This document shows positions 59,147 to 64,000 of a stretch of 64,000 nucleotides of DNA, in pieces (within the stretch, counting starts at the first letter, position 1; each line of letters starts with the position of its first letter). Source of the DNA: an uncultured Actinomycetota bacterium (GTDB taxonomy: Bacteria > Actinomycetota > Actinomycetes > Actinomycetales > Dermatophilaceae); the NCBI GenBank assembly GCA_963771015.1, contig CAVYRN010000013.1:25211-89210 (forward strand), written 5' to 3'. The translations under genes and the position numbers were made by a program. Under the pieces are notes generated by a model. It made no database searches and was not told where the DNA came from. It was given only the letters and a program-made list of their open reading frames with translations.

Positions 59147-59617
59147 TCATGGCAACTCGGGTTCTGGGTGCGCTCGCTCGAACTCCTGGACGGCGCTCCC
59201 GTCGATCAACGCCTCCGCAGCAAGCCAGCTCACTGCTCGGCCCACTGCCCGGGCATCCCTGAAGCCGTGCCAAACAGAGATCAGGTCCGGATGGCGCTGA
59301 TAGAGCTCGTTCTTGAAACGCCGGAACGCGCCCGTGCCCCGCAGAGCAAGGTGCAGGGCCTCGCCGGCGGCCCTGTCACTGATGCCGTCCGCGAAGTCGG
59401 CCATGTCCTGGTACCAGACGTATGGAGGAAGGGGGCCGATAAGAATGAGATCCAACTCGTCGAGCTCGAGGGGGTTCTCACCGTCCACGCCGGTGTCGCT
59501 GGTCCAGAACGCGATCTCGCCGGTCCTTGGGTCGATCAGCCACCGATGCTCGTAGTCGGTCTGGTCCGCCAACGCAGTCGCGATCTCCTGAACATCGATC
59601 GCGTTCAGGTCGAGCAT
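59147..59617 (-). CDS. UPF0158-family protein
   Basis: ATG at 59617, 156 aa. GTGAFRRFKNELYQRHPDLISVWHGF is the family's signature region as I recall it. Confidence 0.6.
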   Translation of the reverse strand: MLDLNAIDVQEIATALADQTDYEHRWLIDPRTGEIAFWTSDTGVDGENPLELDELDLILIGPLPPYVWYQDMADFADGISDRAAGEALHLALRGTGAFRRFKNELYQRHPDLISVWHGFRDARAVGRAVSWLAAEALIDGSAVQEFERAHPEPELP

Positions 59618-59700
59618 CGGATCAGCGTATGACGCCAGCCGGCCGCCCAACAGGCGGCGGTAGGGGAACTTTGATGGCCGAGCATCGAGGGTTTGCCAGC

Positions 59701-59982
59701 TCACAGGGGGCGGTAGGCCTCGCTGCGGTGATCGATGCGCAGCACGACGACCTCACCGCGCTCCTCGTTGATGCGGTACAGAACGCGGTAGGTGCCACGC
59801 CGCGCTGAGTAGATGCCCGAGAGATCCCCCCGCAGCCGCTTGCCGACCCGGTGGGGGTTGTCCACCAGGGCCCCGGTGAGGAACTCGATCACGGCGACGG
59901 CCACGGCCTCGGGAAGGCCGGTGCGGATTGCGCGTACCGCCGGTGGGGTGAGGACCAGCTCGTAGGCGACAGGCGCAGTCAC
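59701..59982 (-). CDS. relE: RelE/ParE-family toxin
   Basis: 93-aa ORF with L.G.L.G.YSARRG.YRVLYRI.....VVVLRI.HR. It overlaps the antitoxin by 4 nt. Confidence 0.8.
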   Translation of the reverse strand: MTAPVAYELVLTPPAVRAIRTGLPEAVAVAVIEFLTGALVDNPHRVGKRLRGDLSGIYSARRGTYRVLYRINEERGEVVVLRIDHRSEAYRPL

Positions 59983-60245
59983 CGGCGCAGGGCGCGGACC
60001 GCGTCGACGCCGCGGACGACGTCACCGGCGGCATACGCCGCGTCCGCCTCGCGGATGTCCGCCAGGGCGGCCGCGTCGCTGAGGACGGCCAGGGTCTCCT
60101 CGAGCTCGGCCAGGTCCTCGGGGCTGATGATCACCGCGGCGGCACGCCCGTTGCGGGTCACGGTCACCCGGTCGTGTTCGCGCTCGACCCGGTCGACGAC
60201 ATCGCTGAAGTGGTCGCGGACCTCGCGCAGCGGCTCAACACTCAT
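59979..60245 (-). CDS. Phd/YefM-family antitoxin
   Basis: ATG at 60245, 88 aa. It contains REVRDHFSDVVDRVEREHDRVTVTRNGRAAAVIISPEDLAELEETL. Confidence 0.8.
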   Translation of the reverse strand: MSVEPLREVRDHFSDVVDRVEREHDRVTVTRNGRAAAVIISPEDLAELEETLAVLSDAAALADIREADAAYAAGDVVRGVDAVRALRR

Positions 60246-60350
60246 GGCCACAATTGTGGCGCCTTCCAAGGATCCTCGCAAGGCTGCGTATCGCGGCGAA
60301 GTGCAGCACCTTCAGCCGACGGGTGGACTGTCTCTTCGGGAGGCGGCGGG

Positions 60351-61200
60351 CTACGGCACTGCCCGGATGTCGGTCCAGGTCTGGGTTTCGCACTGGTGGT
60401 CGGTGTTGTTCCCGGCGCTCAGGATGGTGCCGTCGGCACGGAGGCCCAGGGTGTGGGTGGAGCCGGCTGCCACGGCGATGACATCGCGCCAATGGTGTAC
60501 GTCGCACTGGCCATGGGTGTTGTCACCCGTGGCCAGGACTCGTCCGGAGGCGGTGAGCGCGACGGTGTGGTAGCTGCCCGCGGCCACCATCTCCACGTCC
60601 CGCCAAGCCTCGACCGCGCACGCACCCATCGACCGGTCACCGGTCGCGGCGAGACGGCCGTCGGCGCGCACCCCGACCGTGTGCAGGTACCCCGCCGCGA
60701 TAGCGGTCGGCCCCGCCAGGTGTCGACATCGCACTGCCCCCGACGGTTGACACCCGCGGCCACCGCGGTCCCGTCGGCACGGACCCCGACCGAATGCCAG
60801 TCACCACAGGAGATGGCCACGACCTCACGCCAGGGGTCCACATCGCACGCACCCTCGGCGGTGCGACCAGCAGCAACGACGGTGCCGTCACCGTGCAACC
60901 CCAGGGTTCGCCGCCACCCGCGGCCACCGCCACGACGCCCCGCCAGGAGCCCAGGTCGCACTGCCCGTCACCGTTCCACCCCGTCGCCACCACCGTGCCG
61001 TCCCCGCGCAGCCCCACCGTGTGCGAGCGTCCCGTGTTGGCGGCGGCATGCACGTTGCCCGCAGCAACCGCCACGACGTGCTCCCACCGGCCGACCTCCA
61101 GCTCCCCAGCGGCGCCGCCGCCCACCGCCACGACCCTGCCGTCGCACCGCCGCCCCACCGAGTGACGCCTCCCGGCCGCCAGAGCTGTCCGAGGTCGCAT
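60351..61200 (-). pseudogene. RCC1-repeat (beta-propeller) protein gene split over three frames
   Basis: ATG at 61200 follows GAGGAGGAGAG. About six to seven repeats of the type VAAG..HTVGLR.DGTVVA.G.N..GQC.V..W continue from ORF 60637..61380 into 60419..60961 and then into 60351..60734. This implies two frameshifts, near 60900 and 60730. Confidence 0.65.
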
Positions 61201-61494
61201 CTCTCCTCCTCGCCCGGCACCAAGATCGCCCATCGCATTCAACACCGCCGCGCCCACGCCGTCCCCCAGCTGACCGGCCGGCCCCAGGCCGAGCCGCCCA
61301 GCACGCGGCGGAGTGGGGCAGGCGCGAACCGCCCGACGCTGATGAGCCCGAACCGGGGGTGCCGCCGCGACTGTCAGCACATGGTCCGCCCGCTTTGGGA
61401 GGGGGTGCGCGTTGTCCTGGATGTGGTGGCCGTCACCGTAGCTCGTCGTCGCCAGCCCCCAGGGATAGCGTGGTGACTGGGTCTGGGAGGCGGT

Positions 61495-62330
61495 ATGTGG
61501 ACTCGAACAGGGGCAGCGAGGCGACGCGGCCGCCTGCGCGCCATCCCCGCATCGATCGTGGGCGCAGCGGTCCTGCTGGTCGGCTGTGGGACGTCTGGCT
61601 CCGCGCCCAGTTCCCCGGGTGCTCAGTCGTCCACCTCGGCGGTCCCGGCCTGGGACATCGTCCTGATGGGCGACTCGGTGTGGCCGCGGGGGACCTTCCG
61701 CGGCGGCTCGAGGATGAGCTCAAGGTGAGTCTGGTCATGCACGACTGGATCAACCCCGACCTCAGCACGTACAACGGGAACGGCGGAGAGCGCAGCGGTG
61801 ACCTCCTGGTCCGGCTGCGCACCGACGAGAACCTGCGCCGGGACCTGCGCGGGGCGGAGATCATCGGCTTCGACGTCCCGACTGGCCTGACCCTTGATGT
61901 ATGCACCGTCAACCCCAGCATGGCAACCGCCGCCGAGGTGAAGACCTGCATGGACACGGCGGTGACGCGGTACCAGGACGACGTCACCGCGATCTTCGAC
62001 GAGATCGTGGCGCTGCGTGACCCGGCCGATGCGATCATCCGCGCGACCACGGTCTGGCAGTTCCTGATGCCGACCTTCCAGAGGGCCGGCACCTACGACG
62101 TCATGCGGCCCAGGTGGCAAGCCATGAACCAGGCCGTCGTGCGCGCCGCCGCCCAGCACCACATCACCGTCCTGCCCGCCTATGACACCTTCTGCGGCCC
62201 GGACGGCAGCCGAGACCCCGTCGCGGCCGGCGACGTGTCGGGCGACGAGAAACACCTCAGTGCGCAAGGTATCGACCGCTTCGTCGACCTGTTCATGGCC
62301 TCGGGCCTGCCCGCCGTGGGGGCGCAGTAG
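61495..62330 (+). pseudogene. SGNH/GDSL hydrolase lipoprotein gene with one frameshift
   Basis: The signal peptide, lipobox LLVGCG and block I IVLMGDSVW are in frame 61495..61728. The rest of the domain (…VMHDWINPD…, ending DEKHLSAQG) is in the frame that ends at 62330. The shift lies at the G-run near 61685-61695. Confidence 0.6.
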
Positions 62331-62448
62331 GAGCCACGACGCTGCTCCCATCTGCCGCCGCCGCGATCGCCGACTGGCGGCGGAGTGGGTCAGCCCGTTG
62401 GCGACCCGGGCCCCCGACGACCGCCTGCTACCGGTCGTGACCTGTCCG

Positions 62449-63174
62449 TCACGTCTGCGAAGTGCCCAGGCGCGTCAGTTTGTCCAGATCCCGTTTGCAG
62501 AACCGATGGTGGGCCCATTCCTCGTTGAGTGCGGTGCCGAGGCATTGCCGCACTGTCCGCCCCTTGGCGTACGGGGGCCACCTGTCGTCGTCCGGGACCG
62601 GGGCGATGTCCGCGAGCCGACCGGGTGTGACCTCGGCCAGCCATGCCTCGATCTCGGTGGCCTGCCGGACTCGTACGGCAAGCACCTCGTCCAGGGCCGG
62701 TCGGGCGGACGGGTCGAGCTCGTCCTCCTGGCCCATGACCGACGGCGGGCCAAGTCCCATGGCGGTGAACGGCTCGGTGAGCCCGAGCACGCAGCGTCGG
62801 AACCAGGAGTCGTGCACGAAGACGAGGTGGCGCAGGGTCTCGACCATCGACCACTCGCCGTCGACACCGCGCAGTTCGCTGTGCTCGGGCATGGACCGGA
62901 CCCGTTCGATGGTGGTGGCCCACTCGTCCCTCAGTCGCCGCCAGGCCTCGCGCAGGTCCTCCGGCTCATCGGAGCGGATCAGCAGTCGCACCGGATGACG
63001 GCGGTCGAGCTCCGCCTCGACGTAGGCCGTCACCTCGACCCCGTTGACCACAAGACCGGTGACCAGGCCGTCGATCTCGGCGCCCTTCATGACGACGCCG
63101 ACCATCCGGGCACCGCTCAGGTCGCATTCGCGGAACTCCGCTCCGGTCAGGTCCTCGTCGTGGAAGCGTCGCAT
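62449..63174 (-). CDS. DinB-family protein with N-terminal pentapeptide repeats
   Basis: 241-aa ORF. The N-terminus EDLTGAEFRECDLSGARMVGVVMKGAEIDG is pentapeptide-like. It is followed by a DinB-like four-helix region with His ligands (LRHLVFVHD, EEWAHHRF). Confidence 0.65.
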   Translation of the reverse strand: MRRFHDEDLTGAEFRECDLSGARMVGVVMKGAEIDGLVTGLVVNGVEVTAYVEAELDRRHPVRLLIRSDEPEDLREAWRRLRDEWATTIERVRSMPEHSELRGVDGEWSMVETLRHLVFVHDSWFRRCVLGLTEPFTAMGLGPPSVMGQEDELDPSARPALDEVLAVRVRQATEIEAWLAEVTPGRLADIAPVPDDDRWPPYAKGRTVRQCLGTALNEEWAHHRFCKRDLDKLTRLGTSQT

Positions 63175-63228
63175 CCAGACAGCGTAGGTCGCACGGCAGA
63201 CGCCCCACGGCCCTGGACCTGTGGGGGC

Positions 63229-63534
63229 GTGGCATCTCTCCCAGCCACAGACGACTCGCTGTTGGTGCGGACCGACTTCGGCGACCAGTCGGCCTGGGTG
63301 CGTACTCGCGAGTCAGCCCTTGCCCCGATCGAGGATGGGTTCCGCGCCTACGTCGCCGTGGTCGACGAGCACCCGATTCACGTCGTCGACCTCAGCGGCG
63401 AGCAGCGCCCACCGTTCAGGTGCGCGGCGGCTGCGCTGTGGTCGGTCGACAACCACCTGAACCTCGCCAATCTGGACGGGGAAGAGTCTGCCTCCGCAGT
63501 CAGCGACGATGGCGTGCACCGGGGTTTCGGCTGA
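63229..63534 (+). CDS. Hypothetical small protein (DUF6924-like pattern)
   Basis: In-frame GTG at 63229, 101 aa. SLLVRTDFGDQSAWVRT...AYVAVVDE...FRCAAAALWSVDNHLNLANLDGEE...DDGVHRGF resembles a family I only half remember. The rest of the 450-aa track ORF is antisense to DinB. Confidence 0.4.
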   Translation: MASLPATDDSLLVRTDFGDQSAWVRTRESALAPIEDGFRAYVAVVDEHPIHVVDLSGEQRPPFRCAAAALWSVDNHLNLANLDGEESASAVSDDGVHRGFG

Positions 63535-63610
63535 GCGGATGCGCGCGCTTCGCGGCGGAAGGGGCTACATCGACGCGCTGGACTCTCGTTCAAGGGCCGC
63601 GCCGAAGGCG

Positions 63611-63943
63611 TTAGAGGTCCAGCAGCAAAGCGAGGGTCTCTCGACCTCGCCGAGTACTACGGGGGCGATATTTCCGGAGCGGTGCTGAATACGCGTGGTG
63701 GCTACAGAACGCACGTGCTGGCACTGCGCCGAGGAACGCTCTGCAAGACGGTTGCCGCGATCAGGGCCGATGACCACTTCGGTGCTGCTGGACGGATGGT
63801 GCGGGTCAGCGGCACCACCTGCACGACGTTGGGTCCACCCCCCAGAACCCGTGCGGCGGTGACGACGACTGCGGCGGCAGCCCCGCCTCGCTACCGGCCG
63901 GAAAGCCGAGGTCGAGCTCAACGACGTCACCCGGCGTCAGCAT
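63611..63943 (-). pseudogene. mazF: MazF/PemK-family toxin gene with at least 3 frame changes
   Basis: By hand translation, the gene reads through four frames in turn. (1) MLTPGDVVELDLGFPAGSEAG. (2) AAAAVVVTAARVLGGGPNVVQVVPLTRTIRPAAP. (3) EVVIGPDRGNRLAERSSAQCQHVRSVATTRIQHRSGNIAPVVLGEVER. (4) LALLLDL, ending at stop TAA 63611-63613. Confidence 0.5.
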
Positions 63944-64000
63944 CGAGCAGCCTGTCTCATCCTGAGTGAGCTCTCGGCCAGGTCGCGGCCCATGCCGTCC
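63937..64000 (-). CDS. Possible antitoxin (MazE-like) 3' end; gene runs off the window
   Basis: An open frame ends in TGA at 63937-63939, overlapping the mazF ATG (ATGCTGA). Only about 20 codons are visible and they carry no diagnostic motif. Confidence 0.25.
   Translation of the reverse strand, partial: DGMGRDLAESSLRMRQAARC

Larger units (their letters stand above)
55858..64000. mobile_element. Integrated genomic island or decaying integrative element (left border about 55.86 kb; right border beyond the window)
   Basis: The evidence is a tRNA fragment next to a tyrosine integrase, three TA modules, several frameshifted genes and patchy lower GC. The host octamer CGGCATAC occurs once here, against roughly one per 1.1 kb elsewhere. 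Confidence 0.6.

Overview
This is a high-GC (roughly 70%) actinobacterial chromosome segment. All calls come from reading the supplied translations and the DNA by eye; no database or HMM search was run. About 80% of the window is core metabolism, in an order that matches the M. tuberculosis Rv2220-Rv2247 neighbourhood as I recall it. That core runs: his operon (hisD-C-B-orf-H-A), glnE-glnA2, panB, map, ppgK, RNase P RNA, an RNB nuclease, yaaA, a DUF1737-rhodanese-metZ operon, RNaseH/phosphatase-DUF164-Nif3, tRNA-Val, an AhpE-like peroxiredoxin, a PH-domain pair, fdhD and aceE. It continues with a PucR/FasR-type regulator plus fabD-fabH-acpP-fabF-accD6-like, tRNA-Met, a thioesterase and gluABCD. 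Five things stand out. (1) An apparently intact form II RuBisCO gene (cbbM), with a truncated CbbY-like stub and argG, is wedged between aceE and the FAS-II regulator. No prk, cbbR or cbbQ/O is in view. (2) The octamer CGGCATAC/GTATGCCG occurs about 50 times (I estimate 2-3 expected). It is orientation-balanced, forces rare codons in coding sequence, forms inverted pairs in hairpins, and is nearly absent from the terminal island. (3) The 280-nt argG-regulator spacer is almost entirely tandem repeats and CTAG-centred palindromes. (4) A four-gene operon encodes secreted Cys-pair paralogs with an unusual G(G/P)A(F/Y)xY(W/F)T signal-peptide end, one of them carrying an LAFTG sorting signal. (5) From about 55.86 kb to the window end lies an integrase-bearing island beside a tRNA 3' fragment. 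It carries three toxin-antitoxin modules, a divergent pair of zinc-ribbon paralogs and several frameshifted genes. Many long ORFs in the six-frame track are high-GC antisense or out-of-frame artefacts, so gene starts were re-picked by hand.
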